From: Candidatus Woesearchaeota archaeon
GTDB lineage: Archaea; Nanobdellota; Nanobdellia; SCGC-AAA011-G17; GW2011-AR17
DNA: 64,000 nt
Reading direction: 5' to 3'
NCBI GenBank assembly: GCA_964411565.1
Contig: CAYPLB010000003.1
Location: 29,953-93,952 of the forward strand
This document shows positions 1 to 10,231 of this stretch, in pieces (the first letter of the stretch is position 1; each line of letters starts with the position of its first letter). A program made the position numbers and the translations under genes. The notes beneath the pieces were generated by a model. It searched no databases. It saw only the letters and a program-made list of their open reading frames with translations, and had not been told where the DNA came from.

Positions 1-1
1 A

Positions 2-136
2 ATATATTCTATAAGAGATATTCCAGCAGATATTTTGAGTAAAGTGGATGTTATAATAGATGTTGGAGAAATAAAAGGTAAAGCTTCAAAAGTAATAGAT
101 TATAGTAAAGATGAAAAAAAAATATTAAGAGACTGA
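2..136 (+). CDS. 3' end of an upstream ORF (partial; start outside window); weak YrdC/Sua5-like C-terminus
   Basis: Open frame from the window edge to TGA at 134-136 (...DVIIDVGEIKGKASKVIDYSKDEKKILRD*). Family assignment rests on weak motif resemblance only. Confidence 0.25.
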   Translation: MYSIRDIPADILSKVDVIIDVGEIKGKASKVIDYSKDEKKILRD

Positions 137-192
137 TATATATATCTAAACTTACAATAAATTATATAAAGTAAGTTAATATTAAGTATTTT

Positions 193-1632
193 ATGAGGAA
201 GGGAATTATATTATTTGTGTTGTTTTTGTTATCAATGAGTGTTGTTTCAGCATATGGGGGGATTGGTTTAGAAGAAGTTAGTTCAACAACTATGATTGAG
301 CCAGGTCAAATTGCTGAATATAGTTTAACTATTAAAAACCTAGGACCTAAATATTATCAATTACAAGTTAGTGGAGATCCTTATGCAGGATTACCATCTT
401 CATATTTTGAATATGTTTTTGTTGATCCAAACTATGTAGAATTATATGGACAAGGAGAAGTTCAAGTAAATGTAAGTATTTTATTGAAAGATGATGTGAC
501 TGTTAAAAAAAGATATGAAACCTATATTACTGTAACAGGAATAAATGATGAAAGTATTTTAGAATCGTACTACATGCAAGTATTTGCAAAAGAACCTACA
601 GAACCAGTAAGTCTTTATGTTTCTGAAGCAGCAGAAAGTGTTGCACCAAATAATGATTATGTCTTGAAATTAGGTCTGTTAAATAATATGAATGAAGATC
701 TGAATAATATTGATGTGTTAGTTTCAAGTGATTTATTTGAAGATCAACAAACTGTACAACTATTTGATGACCAAGAAAGAGAAGTAGAATTTAATTTTCC
801 AATTGAAACAACTGCAAGTCCAGGGAATTATACTTATAGTGTTAGATTGTATCTTGATGATGAATTAAAAGCTACAACTACAGGAGAATTTATTGTTGAA
901 GAAAGTTTGGATGTTAGTGAGACTGTAAAAATTAGTGAAGAGTTTTTGTATAAAGAAATTGTAATTACAATTGAAAATACAGGTAATATGGAAGTTTCAA
1001 GTTCCTATGAATATTCTTTGCCTTGGTATGAAAGATGGTTTGCAAGTTATAGTGTTGATGCAGATGTAGAAGATGGAGCTGCACAGTGGACATTTAATAT
1101 TGCACCAGAAGAAGATGTTGTAGTTGTTATAGGAATAGATTATAGACCATTAATAATTGGAATTATTGCGTTAATACTAGCAGGAATAATTGCTTACTTT
1201 ATGTTTACAAGAAGAGTTACTATAAATAAAAAAGTGTTTAAGATGAAATATAGCACAGATGGTTTGACAGAGTTTAAAGTTAAATTAAATGTGAGAAATA
1301 GAACTAGTAAAAAAATTAAAGATATTACAGTAGTAGATAGGTTGCCAAGAATAATTAGACCAAATATGCATTTTGGAACTTTACATCCAACTGGAGTTGA
1401 AAGAGCTGCAAAAGGTGTAAGAATGATGTGGAAGATTAAAGAATTAGTTCCTGGTGAAGAAAGAATTATTTCTTATGATGTTCAACCAAGAATGGGAGTA
1501 ATTGGAAAATTAACTTTACCTTCAGCTATTGGTAAGTTTAAGAATATTAGAAATAGAGTAACAAAAATTAGGTCGAATAGTCCATTTGTTTATTCAGGTA
1601 TACCAGATGATAGGAAGAAAAAGAAAAGGTAA
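193..1632 (+). CDS. hypothetical cell-surface protein (signal peptide, large ectodomain, C-terminal TM anchor)
   Basis: N-terminal signal peptide MRKGIILFVLFLLSMSVVSAYG; long beta-rich body; single TM IIGIIALILAGIIAYFMF near the C-terminus followed by a basic tail. Confidence 0.6.
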   Translation: MRKGIILFVLFLLSMSVVSAYGGIGLEEVSSTTMIEPGQIAEYSLTIKNLGPKYYQLQVSGDPYAGLPSSYFEYVFVDPNYVELYGQGEVQVNVSILLKDDVTVKKRYETYITVTGINDESILESYYMQVFAKEPTEPVSLYVSEAAESVAPNNDYVLKLGLLNNMNEDLNNIDVLVSSDLFEDQQTVQLFDDQEREVEFNFPIETTASPGNYTYSVRLYLDDELKATTTGEFIVEESLDVSETVKISEEFLYKEIVITIENTGNMEVSSSYEYSLPWYERWFASYSVDADVEDGAAQWTFNIAPEEDVVVVIGIDYRPLIIGIIALILAGIIAYFMFTRRVTINKKVFKMKYSTDGLTEFKVKLNVRNRTSKKIKDITVVDRLPRIIRPNMHFGTLHPTGVERAAKGVRMMWKIKELVPGEERIISYDVQPRMGVIGKLTLPSAIGKFKNIRNRVTKIRSNSPFVYSGIPDDRKKKKR

Positions 1633-1667
1633 ACCTTATAAAGAAATTCTTTTTTTAGATGTTTAAA

Positions 1668-1793
1668 CCCTGTCTGGCTCAACGGTAGAGCACTCGGCTG
1701 TAGATCAATTCGCCCTTTGACAGTGCAAATGCATAGGATGAAAAAGGGAGAGCCGTACCCGAGCGGTTCCTGGTTCAAATCCGGGGGCAGGGA
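1668..1793 (+). tRNA. tRNA-Tyr (anticodon GTA) with 54-nt intron at canonical 37/38 position
   Basis: Acceptor CCCTGTC/GGCAGGG, D-arm GCTC-AACGGTA-GAGC, anticodon stem CTCGG/CCGAG with loop CTGTAG|C, T-arm CCTGG-TTCAAAT-CCGGG, discriminator A, no encoded CCA. Intron 1704-1757 interrupts after position 37. Confidence 0.7.
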
Positions 1794-1800
1794 TTTTTAT

Positions 1801-2139
1801 TTATAACATTTTCAAATTGCCAGTTAAAGAATCAATTTTTTCTTCGTCATCTGGACCAATACCTAAACAAGTAATAGTTGGTCTTTTGAAAAAAGTTTTT
1901 CCTGCATCTTTAATTAAACCAGTTGTAAAACCAGAAGACTTTGCATTAATAAGAAATTGCTTTAGTTCTTTTAAATCTTTAACTTTTAAAACAACTTTCT
2001 TCATTCCTTCATGTTTCCACTCATGAATTTTTGTTTTTGAAGAATTTAATGTTGCTTCAACAGAAGCATGTGCAACCTGAACAGACAATTTTCCCTTGTC
2101 CATTTTTAAATCTTGTCTGACTAAAATTACTTGTTTCAT
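1801..2139 (-). CDS. pth2: peptidyl-tRNA hydrolase, archaeal/eukaryotic type (Pth2)
   Basis: MKQVILVRQDLKMDKGKLSVQVAHASVEA...KRPTITCLGIGPDDEEKID matches the Pth2 family over its whole length. Start taken at the internal Met (aa 22 of the listed ORF). Confidence 0.85.
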   Translation of the reverse strand: MKQVILVRQDLKMDKGKLSVQVAHASVEATLNSSKTKIHEWKHEGMKKVVLKVKDLKELKQFLINAKSSGFTTGLIKDAGKTFFKRPTITCLGIGPDDEEKIDSLTGNLKML

Positions 2140-2239
2140 TACCTTAAGGAAGAATTTTAGATATTTAAACTTATCCAAAAGACTTATATTATATATAATC
2201 AATGATATATTTAATTTAAAGAAGGAGGAATGAAAAAAT

Positions 2240-4000
2240 ATGAAAAAAATATTAGTTATTTCTATGTTTTTAATTTTATTAACAGCAACAGGCGCAAGTG
2301 CAAGTGTATGGGATTCATTAGCAGATGGATTTGAATTTATGACAGGAGCTTCTATAGGAATTATGGAAGGAGAAGAAGATAATACAGGTGGAGAAGAACC
2401 TGCTTCGGAGCCAGAGCCATAACCTGAGCCGGAACCAGAGCCAGAACCAGAGCCAGAACCAGAACCAACTGATGATGGTGGAGATGATGGAAGTCAACCT
2501 GTTGATACTGGAAATGATGGAAGTCAGCCTGTAGATACTGGAGATGATGGAAGTCAGCCTGTAGATGATGGTGGAGATGATTACCAAGATGATGACCAAT
2601 ATCAAGATGATGATGGAGATGACTACCAAGATGATTACCCTTCATATAATTGTGGTGATGGAATTTGTGAACCTGGAGAATATGATTGTCATGATGATTG
2701 TGGTGGTGTAGATTATAATGATCAAGGACCTGGAGATGATGGTCAATACTATCCAGAACAACCTACAGGATATTGTGGTGATGGAATTTGTCAAGAAGCT
2801 GAGAAAAAACCATACCCAGATGGATGTCATGATGATTGTGATCCTAATAGAGGAAGACCAAGAAGAGAAGCTGGACAACCTGTTAGAGGACCAAGTTATG
2901 CACCTGATGTATTTACTGAAGACCTATTAGAAAGATATGGAGAAAATTGGTGTGAAGCTTTAGGAATGGAAGCAGATGTACATCCAGGGATGAGTGGACC
3001 AGTTGTTGAATGTGTTCCTTATGGTCAAGCTAGAAATGGAATGATTGAGAGAGAAATTGATGTTACAAAAGCTTTATCATTAGTTCTAAAATTAGAAGAG
3101 ATTTCTATAAAAATTAGTGAAGATGGACCATTACATAATAAAATTTCAAATCTATATAATTTCTACAAAGATAATGGTGCAGAAGAAGATGCAGAAAGAT
3201 TTGCAAATGCTTTAGAATATATGAGTGAAGGTAAAGTAGCAATTGATACTCTAAAGGAAAATATGAAGACAACAATTGAAAATGAAGGTAAACTAACTGT
3301 TGAATCACTTTATTCCTTTAAGTCAATGTCTAGAGAAATTATTGATGGAGTTTTCAATAAAATAACTTATGCAATGCTTGGAGTAGATGTAGCTGCTTTA
3401 GAAGTTGAAGTTCTTTCTGAAGATTGTGGATATGACCATCTTTGTTTTGAAGAGAAGTTCCATAACTGTGCAGTTGGTTCAAGTTTTAGTCCAGATGAGT
3501 TTATTACATTGTCTATTGTTGAGTTAAATGATGCAGGACAGTGTACAATTGATCTAAGCTTTGATACAGGTGAACAAGTTTCTTGTCTATTTGAAACTAC
3601 AGACTATAAGTATAGACCTTTAGCTGAAGAGTCATTTAAAGAAGTTTGTGGTGAAGAACTTAGAACTGTATTAGAAGAGATGGAGTCAAGATATGGTCCA
3701 GGAGAAGGAGAAGGTCCTGATGGTCCAGAGTACCATAGTGAATGTGGTGATGGAGTTTGTGATGATGATGAAATTGGATACTGTTTTGATGACTGTGATG
3801 AAGGAAGTGGATACGATGACTATTATGAATATGAAGATGAATATAGTGATGATGATAGTCAAGATGTAGATGAAACAACTGAAGAAGCTGTAGAGGAAAC
3901 TACAGAAGAAGAACCAGCTGAAGAAGAAACTGTAGAAGAAACTGTAGAAGAAACAACTGAGGAAGAAACTGTAGAGGAAACAACTGAGGAGGTGGTATAA
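2240..4000 (+). CDS. secreted highly acidic low-complexity protein with repeated Cys motif; reading frame interrupted by one in-frame TAA (2420-2422): possible pseudogene, sequencing error or readthrough
   Basis: Signal peptide MKKILVISMFLILLTATGASA. An EP dipeptide repeat runs straight through the TAA (..EPEP*PEPEPEP..) and the same frame stays open to 4000. Three copies of CGDG(I/V)C...C.DDC; SQPVDTGDDG x3; C-terminal EETVEETTEE repeats. Confidence 0.55.
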
Positions 4001-4001
4001 A

Positions 4002-4193
4002 ATGATGAAAAAAGTTTTGGCAATATTTTGTATCCTATGTCTGTTATTTTTATTAACTGGATGTAGTGAAACAAGTATTGGATCTGATGATGAAGCTGTA
4101 GAAGAAATAGGTGATATTAATGAAGAGATTGCAGAAATTACAGAAGATCTAAATGAAATCAATGAAGAATTAGGCTCTGAAGAAGAAGTCTAA
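4002..4193 (+). CDS. small acidic putative lipoprotein
   Basis: Signal peptide with lipobox-like LLTGC; remainder is Glu/Asp-rich. Start abuts the stop of the preceding gene. Confidence 0.45.
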   Translation: MMKKVLAIFCILCLLFLLTGCSETSIGSDDEAVEEIGDINEEIAEITEDLNEINEELGSEEEV

Positions 4194-4209
4194 AATATTT
4201 TTTCTTTTT

Positions 4210-5316
4210 TTATTTTAAATGAAATTCTACGATATCATCATCTTCTAAACTATATTCAAGACCTACTTTTTGGCCATCATGTTTAGCACCTTTACCCCAA
4301 ACTCTAGCATAACGAAATTTGTTATAGAAATCTTTGTGAATAGTAATAGCTAATTTTTTAATATTATCACCTTTGTGTAAAGCTACTGGTGGCCAATCTT
4401 TATCTTTACCAGGAGTTTTTGTAAAAACTTTTATTAAACCCAAAGCATCAAATATTTGTTTTTTTAATTCTTCAATACCTATTCCAGTTTTTGCTGATAT
4501 ACCTTTTCCTTTAATATCTGATTTGTTGTGAATAATAAGTAAAGGTAAGAAAACTAAAGCTTCGTTCAAAACATCAGCAAGGTCTTCAATAGTAACTTTT
4601 TCATAAGCTGTAATAATAGCATTGTGATATCCGTGAGACTGTAACATCTTTGTTGCTTGTCTTACGGGAAAATTAAAATATTTTTTACCTAGAAATTCTA
4701 TACCACCTTGACCTTGTTTTTTTATTATTACTTTTGGCTTTTCAGCATTAAGTCTTATTTGAGCTTTTTCAAATTCATTATATAATAAGTCTAATTGCTC
4801 TTTTTCATCTTGAGTGTTATCAATAACAAAAATAATTAAATCTGCACTTCTCATTGCACTAAAATATGCAGGACCATCACCTTTGTAAGCAAAATCTTCA
4901 AATATTGCAGGCATTTCAACTATTTGAATACCAACACCTTTGTAATCCATAATTCCAAATTCAGGTTTTACTGTAGTATATTTATATTCAGCAATAGTTG
5001 GTTTTGCATTTGTCAAAACTGTAACTAAAGAAGATTTTCCAGCATTTGTTAAAGAAACTAAAACAACTTGAGCAGCACCTTCTTTTTTTATTGTTAAATG
5101 TTTACCTCTACCCTTTGAGGTCTGTCTAGTTTTTTCAATTTGAGTTCTTAATTTAGAAAGTTTTTGTTTGATTTGTGCTCTAAGATTCTCAGCACCCTTA
5201 TGACTAGGAGCTGTTTTAAGCATTTCTTCTAAGCCTGCAATTTTCTCAGCAATGGTACTAGCTTCATGATATTTTTTTTCAGCTCTAAAATATTCAGGTT
5301 TTGCATTAATTGGCAT
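4210..5316 (-). CDS. Obg/DRG-family GTP-binding protein with C-terminal TGS domain
   Basis: P-loop VVLVSLTNAGKSSL, G-domain motifs, and a C-terminal TGS-like segment (...KVGLEYSLEDDDIVEFHLK). Length 368 aa is typical of archaeal DRG. Confidence 0.8.
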   Translation of the reverse strand: MPINAKPEYFRAEKKYHEASTIAEKIAGLEEMLKTAPSHKGAENLRAQIKQKLSKLRTQIEKTRQTSKGRGKHLTIKKEGAAQVVLVSLTNAGKSSLVTVLTNAKPTIAEYKYTTVKPEFGIMDYKGVGIQIVEMPAIFEDFAYKGDGPAYFSAMRSADLIIFVIDNTQDEKEQLDLLYNEFEKAQIRLNAEKPKVIIKKQGQGGIEFLGKKYFNFPVRQATKMLQSHGYHNAIITAYEKVTIEDLADVLNEALVFLPLLIIHNKSDIKGKGISAKTGIGIEELKKQIFDALGLIKVFTKTPGKDKDWPPVALHKGDNIKKLAITIHKDFYNKFRYARVWGKGAKHDGQKVGLEYSLEDDDIVEFHLK

Positions 5317-5390
5317 AGATAATGTTAAAATTTTAAGCTTTTTAAAGATTTACCAAAGATTTTTAAAGAAATTAGCTATAATATAAGATA

Positions 5391-5918
5391 ATGATAAGTT
5401 TAGAATATCCTCATTTATTAACCAATATAGTTGCAAGTTTGTTAGTAATAGGTTTTGGAATTGTTATTGGAAATATTCTTTCAGTATTAACAAAAAAATT
5501 GTTGGAAAGCTTTGAAGTTGAAAGATTATTAAAAAAAATAAATATACAGTTTCCTGTTGAAGAATTTTTGAGCATTTCTGTAAGATATATCTTTTATTTA
5601 GGTGGTTTAATTTTAGGTTTAACATTTCTAGGACTAGGAGAAATTGTACTAATCGGAGTGTTAATAGGAGTATTAGTAATATTAATAGTATTTATATTAG
5701 CAGCTATTAAAGATTTAATTCCAAACTTTTTTGCAGGTGTTTTAATTTATTTTAAGAAAAAAATAAGAAAAAATGAAATAATTAGTTTTGAACAAGCAGA
5801 AGGAAAAGTTACTAAAATATCATTATTAGATACAAGATTGAAAATGAAAGATGGAGATATTGTTATTGTACCAAATGTTCTTATTCTAAAAAGCAAAATA
5901 GTTAAAAAGAAGAAATAA
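5391..5918 (+). CDS. small MscS-like mechanosensitive channel family membrane protein
   Basis: Three predicted TM helices then the MscS beta-domain signature ...LDTRLKMKDGDIVIVPNVLILKSKIV. Shorter than canonical MscS. Confidence 0.45.
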   Translation: MISLEYPHLLTNIVASLLVIGFGIVIGNILSVLTKKLLESFEVERLLKKINIQFPVEEFLSISVRYIFYLGGLILGLTFLGLGEIVLIGVLIGVLVILIVFILAAIKDLIPNFFAGVLIYFKKKIRKNEIISFEQAEGKVTKISLLDTRLKMKDGDIVIVPNVLILKSKIVKKKK

Positions 5919-5930
5919 ATTAAAGTTCTT

Positions 5931-6671
5931 ATGAAGTACACAATAGTAATTTGTAAAGATGATGCAGGACAGAATATCAAAGGTTTTCTAGATGAATTTA
6001 AAATGAAATACTATGAAGTAGATAAAATCTGTTTAGATTGTGAGAATATTGATGAAGAAACTGAAGGAGATATTTTTGTTTTTGCTACAACACATAGATC
6101 AGAGAAAGGAAATGTTAGTTTAACAGTACATGCTCCAGGTAATTTTGCTAAAGCTGAATTAGGTGGAAAGAATAAAGAACTTTGTGTTGCTCCAGCTTCT
6201 TTGATTAAAAAAATGTATTTGGAACTAAAGAAAAAATTTGATGGAGTTGTTAGTTTAGAAGTTACTCATCATGGACCTTTTATGAAAAAGCCAGTTTGCT
6301 TTATTGAAATTGGATCTTCAGAAAAAGAATGGAATGATAAAAAATTTGGTAAAATTATTGCTGAAGTACTAAGAGAAAGTTTAGGTAAAGAAGAGAAATG
6401 TAAAACTGTAATAGGGATTGGAGGTAATCATTATCCTCATGAATTTAATAAAATTTTAGATAGAACTGAGTATGCAATAGGCCATATTTGTCCTAAATAT
6501 AATCTGGAAAATTTAGATGAAGAAATGTTGAAACAAATGTTAGAGAGAAATTTAGAGGATGTAGAGTTTGTTGTTGTTGATTGGAAAGGTTTAGGACAAA
6601 ATAAAGCTAAAGTTAAAGATTTGTTAGAAAATTTAGGAATTAAATATAAAAAAACAAAAGAATTAAAATAA
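5931..6671 (+). CDS. dtdA: D-aminoacyl-tRNA deacylase, archaeal type (DtdA)
   Basis: Blocks ATTHRS, EVTHHGP, FIEIGSSEKEW, GIGGNHYP, GHICPKY and VVDWKG match the archaeal DTD (tRNA_deacylase) family. Confidence 0.85.
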   Translation: MKYTIVICKDDAGQNIKGFLDEFKMKYYEVDKICLDCENIDEETEGDIFVFATTHRSEKGNVSLTVHAPGNFAKAELGGKNKELCVAPASLIKKMYLELKKKFDGVVSLEVTHHGPFMKKPVCFIEIGSSEKEWNDKKFGKIIAEVLRESLGKEEKCKTVIGIGGNHYPHEFNKILDRTEYAIGHICPKYNLENLDEEMLKQMLERNLEDVEFVVVDWKGLGQNKAKVKDLLENLGIKYKKTKELK

Positions 6672-6911
6672 TTATTTCTTCTTCTTTTTTGCTGGTTTCA
6701 TATCTTGTTTTCTTTTAACTAAGATATAATAAACAACAGCACCAATAATACCAGCTAATAAAACTACAATCAACCAAAGAACTTTGTCAGTTTCTACGTC
6801 AAAATCTCTTTTGATAACATCAACGATCATCCATATCCAAAAAATTAAGAATGCAATAGGGATTAACATTAATAAAATCACAAGAAGTAACATTAATATT
6901 TCTATTATCAT
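6672..6911 (-). CDS. PLD-nuclease N-terminal-like (PLDc_N) small membrane protein
   Basis: Two TM helices with the conserved W...IVDV...W segment (FLIFWIWMIVDVIKRDFDVETDKVLWLIVVLLAGIIGAVVYY) and a basic tail. Confidence 0.55.
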   Translation of the reverse strand: MIIEILMLLLVILLMLIPIAFLIFWIWMIVDVIKRDFDVETDKVLWLIVVLLAGIIGAVVYYILVKRKQDMKPAKKKKK

Positions 6912-6947
6912 TTTATTAAAAGAAGTAAAGATAGTTTAAAAAGTTTT

Positions 6948-7940
6948 TTAATTCAAGTGTTTATTATTTTTGTAAGAAATAATTTTCTTGTGCCATTCCC
7001 AAGCAGATTGAATTATACTATTTAGATCTTCTTTTGCTTCCCAATTAAAAATTTGTTTTATTTTCTCCGGAGATGCAATTAAAGTTGCAGGATCACCCTC
7101 TCTTCTAGGAGATTCTATAGCAGGAATAGGATGTCCAGTTATTTTTCTACATTTCTCAATAATATCTTTTACAGAAATTCCTTTACCTGTGCCAACATTA
7201 AGTTTTAAACTTTCATTTTTATCTTCTAAATGTTTTAATGCTAATAGATGAGCTTTTGCTAGATCTAAAACATGAATATAATCTCTTAAACAAGTACCAT
7301 CTGGAGTAGGATAATCATTTCCAAATATTTTTATGTGGTCTCTTTTTCCTGAAGCAACTTCTAAAACTAAAGGAATTAAATGAGTTTCAGGAGTATGATC
7401 TTCTCCTAAACCATAAGCTGCACCACAAGCATTGAAATATCTTAAACAAATACTTTTTAGACCATAAACTTCATAAGAATCTAATATATTTTCAAACATT
7501 AATTTACTTAAACCATAATAATTAGTAGGAATCTTTTCTGAAGATTCTTTAATAGGAATTTCTTTAGGTTGGCCATAAACACTAGCTGTTGAAGAAAACA
7601 CTATTTTTTTTACATTAAATTCAAGCATTACTTTTAGTAAGTTTAAACCTGCAAAAGTATTATTTTCAAAATATTTGTGAGGGTCTGTCATAGACTCCCC
7701 AACCTCAATAGAGCCAGCAAAATGAATTACAGCATCAATTGTATTTTCAGAAAAAACTTTTCTTATATCTTCAATATTTTTTAAATCTAAGTTATAATGT
7801 TTAATATATTCTGGAATGAAAATTTTATGACCATTGGAAAAATTATCAAGAACAATAATATTATAATTATTTTCAAGAAGTAAACGAACTGTATGACTGC
7901 CTATGTATCCAGCTCCTCCTGTGACTAAAATAGTCTTCAT
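6948..7940 (-). CDS. galE: UDP-glucose 4-epimerase
   Basis: N-terminal Rossmann motif MKTILVTGGAGYIGSH and the YxxxK catalytic region; GalE family length. Confidence 0.9.
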   Translation of the reverse strand: MKTILVTGGAGYIGSHTVRLLLENNYNIIVLDNFSNGHKIFIPEYIKHYNLDLKNIEDIRKVFSENTIDAVIHFAGSIEVGESMTDPHKYFENNTFAGLNLLKVMLEFNVKKIVFSSTASVYGQPKEIPIKESSEKIPTNYYGLSKLMFENILDSYEVYGLKSICLRYFNACGAAYGLGEDHTPETHLIPLVLEVASGKRDHIKIFGNDYPTPDGTCLRDYIHVLDLAKAHLLALKHLEDKNESLKLNVGTGKGISVKDIIEKCRKITGHPIPAIESPRREGDPATLIASPEKIKQIFNWEAKEDLNSIIQSAWEWHKKIISYKNNKHLN

Positions 7941-9304
7941 TTTATTATATTTGGTCTCCCTATTGCATGATATGAAAAGTTAGTATTTTGTATTTGTGTA
8001 TAATTTAATAAATCCTTACCATCAAAAATAATTTTATCTTTCATTTTTTCTTCTAAAGCATTAAAGTCAGGTAATCTATAAGTTTTCCAATCATTTAAAA
8101 TAATTAAAGCATTAGAATTATTTACAGCTTCATATTTATCCTTAAATAATTTAAAATTAGTTAGATCAACACCTTTCCTTTGCATTTCTTTTAAAAATTC
8201 TTCATTAGCTTCGGGATCATGAGCGTGAACAATAGCACCTTGTTCTAATAATTTAGGAACTACTTCAACTGAAGCTGCATCTCGAGTATCATTAGTTTCT
8301 TTTTTGAAAGACAAACCCCAAACTGCAAATACCTTTCCATCAAAATTATTATTATATAACTTATCTAGAGTTCTATTAACTTCTAATCTTTGATATCTAT
8401 TTTGGTTTAATATTTGATCCAAAACAATGAAATCTTGTTCATTTCCCCCAAGGTCTTTGATTGTGTGGTATAACTGTGAAACATCTTTGTCAAAACAACT
8501 TCCACCAAAACCTAAACCAGGATGAACAAATTTCCCTATTCTAATGTCATCTAAAATTGCTGGAATCATATCTCTCCAATTAGCACCAGACTTTTTTGCA
8601 ACATTAGCAAAAATATTAGTTAATACAACTTGAGAAGCTAAGTAAGCATTACAAACATATTTTGTTAACTCTGAACTTTCAGGAGACATAAAATAAATTT
8701 TCTCTTGTTGAGTTAAAAAGAATGGAGCATATAAATCTCTCATTATTTTTTTTGCTCTATCTGAATTTACACCTACAATTATTCTCTTAGGCATTGTAGA
8801 ATCTCTAACAGCTCTACCTTCAGCTAAAGTTTCAGGATTTGATACTACATCAAAATCTCCAGAGTAATATTGTTTTATGATATCTTCAACTTTCTTTGCA
8901 GTACCAACAGGAACAGTACTTTTATTTACTAAAATTTTATAAGAAGGATTTAATTGTAAGGATTTTCCAAGCATATGAGCAACACTTTCAACATATTTTA
9001 AATCTGCTTTTCCATCTTGATCAGGAGGAGTGCCTACACAAGAAAAAATAACTGTTGAAGCATTTATTGCGGATTCAGCATTTGTTGTGAATTTTAAAAA
9101 AGATTTTTCATAAGCTCTTCTTAATAATTCTGGAAGACCAGGTTCATGGATATGTAATTTTGATGATCTGCCTTCACAAAAGTCTATCAAAGATTGAATT
9201 CTTTCTGAGTTTACATCAAAAAGTATTACTTTATTGTCTTGACTAGACATTGTAGCTGCATGAACTACACCAACAAATCCCGCCCCTGCGATTGCGATGT
9301 TCAT
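7937..9304 (-). CDS. nucleotide-sugar dehydrogenase (UDP-glucose/GDP-mannose 6-dehydrogenase family)
   Basis: N-terminal NAD-binding motif MNIAIAGAGFVGVVHA; catalytic Cys region GFGGSCF; 455 aa; overlaps galE by 4 nt (operon). Confidence 0.9.
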   Translation of the reverse strand: MNIAIAGAGFVGVVHAATMSSQDNKVILFDVNSERIQSLIDFCEGRSSKLHIHEPGLPELLRRAYEKSFLKFTTNAESAINASTVIFSCVGTPPDQDGKADLKYVESVAHMLGKSLQLNPSYKILVNKSTVPVGTAKKVEDIIKQYYSGDFDVVSNPETLAEGRAVRDSTMPKRIIVGVNSDRAKKIMRDLYAPFFLTQQEKIYFMSPESSELTKYVCNAYLASQVVLTNIFANVAKKSGANWRDMIPAILDDIRIGKFVHPGLGFGGSCFDKDVSQLYHTIKDLGGNEQDFIVLDQILNQNRYQRLEVNRTLDKLYNNNFDGKVFAVWGLSFKKETNDTRDAASVEVVPKLLEQGAIVHAHDPEANEEFLKEMQRKGVDLTNFKLFKDKYEAVNNSNALIILNDWKTYRLPDFNALEEKMKDKIIFDGKDLLNYTQIQNTNFSYHAIGRPNIIK

Positions 9305-9350
9305 AGAGAAGAATGTAAGATTTGGGTTTATAAGGTTTATGTAGATCTGA

Positions 9351-10136
9351 TTAGATTATAGAATTATTTATGTCAGTTCTACAAGAACATTCAGTTAAAA
9401 TTAATCTAGGTAAAACAGTTTTTATTAATAATTTAACTTTGTCAGAATTTTCTTTCATTACTCTTAAAACTTCTTCAAAAGTAACTGCAGCTGTACTTTC
9501 TCTCCAACAATCATAATCAGTAGACATTGCAATAGAAGCATAACAAATACCAGCCTCTCTAGCTAAAACAACTTCTGGAAAAGTTGACATGTTAATAATA
9601 TCAGCATTCCAAGATCTAAACATATGAGATTCAGCTTTTGTAGAAAATCTTGGACCTTCAATTGTTACTACAGTACCTTTATTGTGAATTTCAAAATTTA
9701 ATTCTGTTGCTGTGGCAATTAACATGGTTCTTAATTTATTACAAAAAGGCTCAGCCATAGGAATGTGACAAACTTGATTTTTATCATAAAAAGTTGATGC
9801 TCTTTTTGTTGTTCTATCAATAAATTGGTCAGGAAAAACTAAGTGACCAGGTTTGATTTCTTCTCTTAAAGAACCTACAGCAGTAGTTGCTATAATATGT
9901 GTACATCCAAGTTCTTTAAGTGCCCAGATATTTGCTCTTGAATTTACATTGGAAGGCATGATTTGATGTTTTGGACCATGTCTTGCTAAAATTGCAACCT
10001 CAATACCATTTAATATACCTACTGTAATTGACGAAGAAGGTTGACCATATGGAGTCTGTATATCTACTTTTTTGTAATCTTCTAAAAGATTTGGATCATC
10101 TAAACCAGATCCACCAATTATACCAACTTTTATCAT
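9351..10136 (-). CDS. mtnP: S-methyl-5'-thioadenosine phosphorylase
   Basis: [14 protein letters not shown]...TPYGQPSS...ILARHG...SLREE matches the PNP/MTAP family. Confidence 0.88.
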   Translation of the reverse strand: MIKVGIIGGSGLDDPNLLEDYKKVDIQTPYGQPSSSITVGILNGIEVAILARHGPKHQIMPSNVNSRANIWALKELGCTHIIATTAVGSLREEIKPGHLVFPDQFIDRTTKRASTFYDKNQVCHIPMAEPFCNKLRTMLIATATELNFEIHNKGTVVTIEGPRFSTKAESHMFRSWNADIINMSTFPEVVLAREAGICYASIAMSTDYDCWRESTAAVTFEEVLRVMKENSDKVKLLIKTVLPRLILTECSCRTDINNSII

Positions 10137-10231
10137 GAAAATAGAAGGAATACTTGAGTTTTAAAAGAATAATTGTGTTAGAATATACATAGAAATCCTT
10201 ATAAAGAATATTAAAGTTTTATTGGTTAACT

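Noticed and set aside
1590-1778. 62-aa minus-strand ORF
   Set aside because: Overlaps the tRNA-Tyr gene and its intron; hydrophobic low-complexity translation; spurious.
1817-2026. 69-aa plus-strand ORF
   Set aside because: Antisense to the well-supported pth2 gene.
2318-4162. Several antisense or alternative-frame ORFs (2318..2629, 2361..2645, 2642..2878, 2718..2930, 3114..3308, 3660..3878, 3686..4162, 3859..4074)
   Set aside because: They lie inside or antisense to the acidic repeat gene; their His/Ser/Ile-rich translations are artefacts of the GA-rich repeat DNA.
5391-5918. Truncated MscS pseudogene
   Set aside because: No upstream open frame or in-frame stop supports truncation; small MscS-like proteins exist, so kept as an intact short gene.
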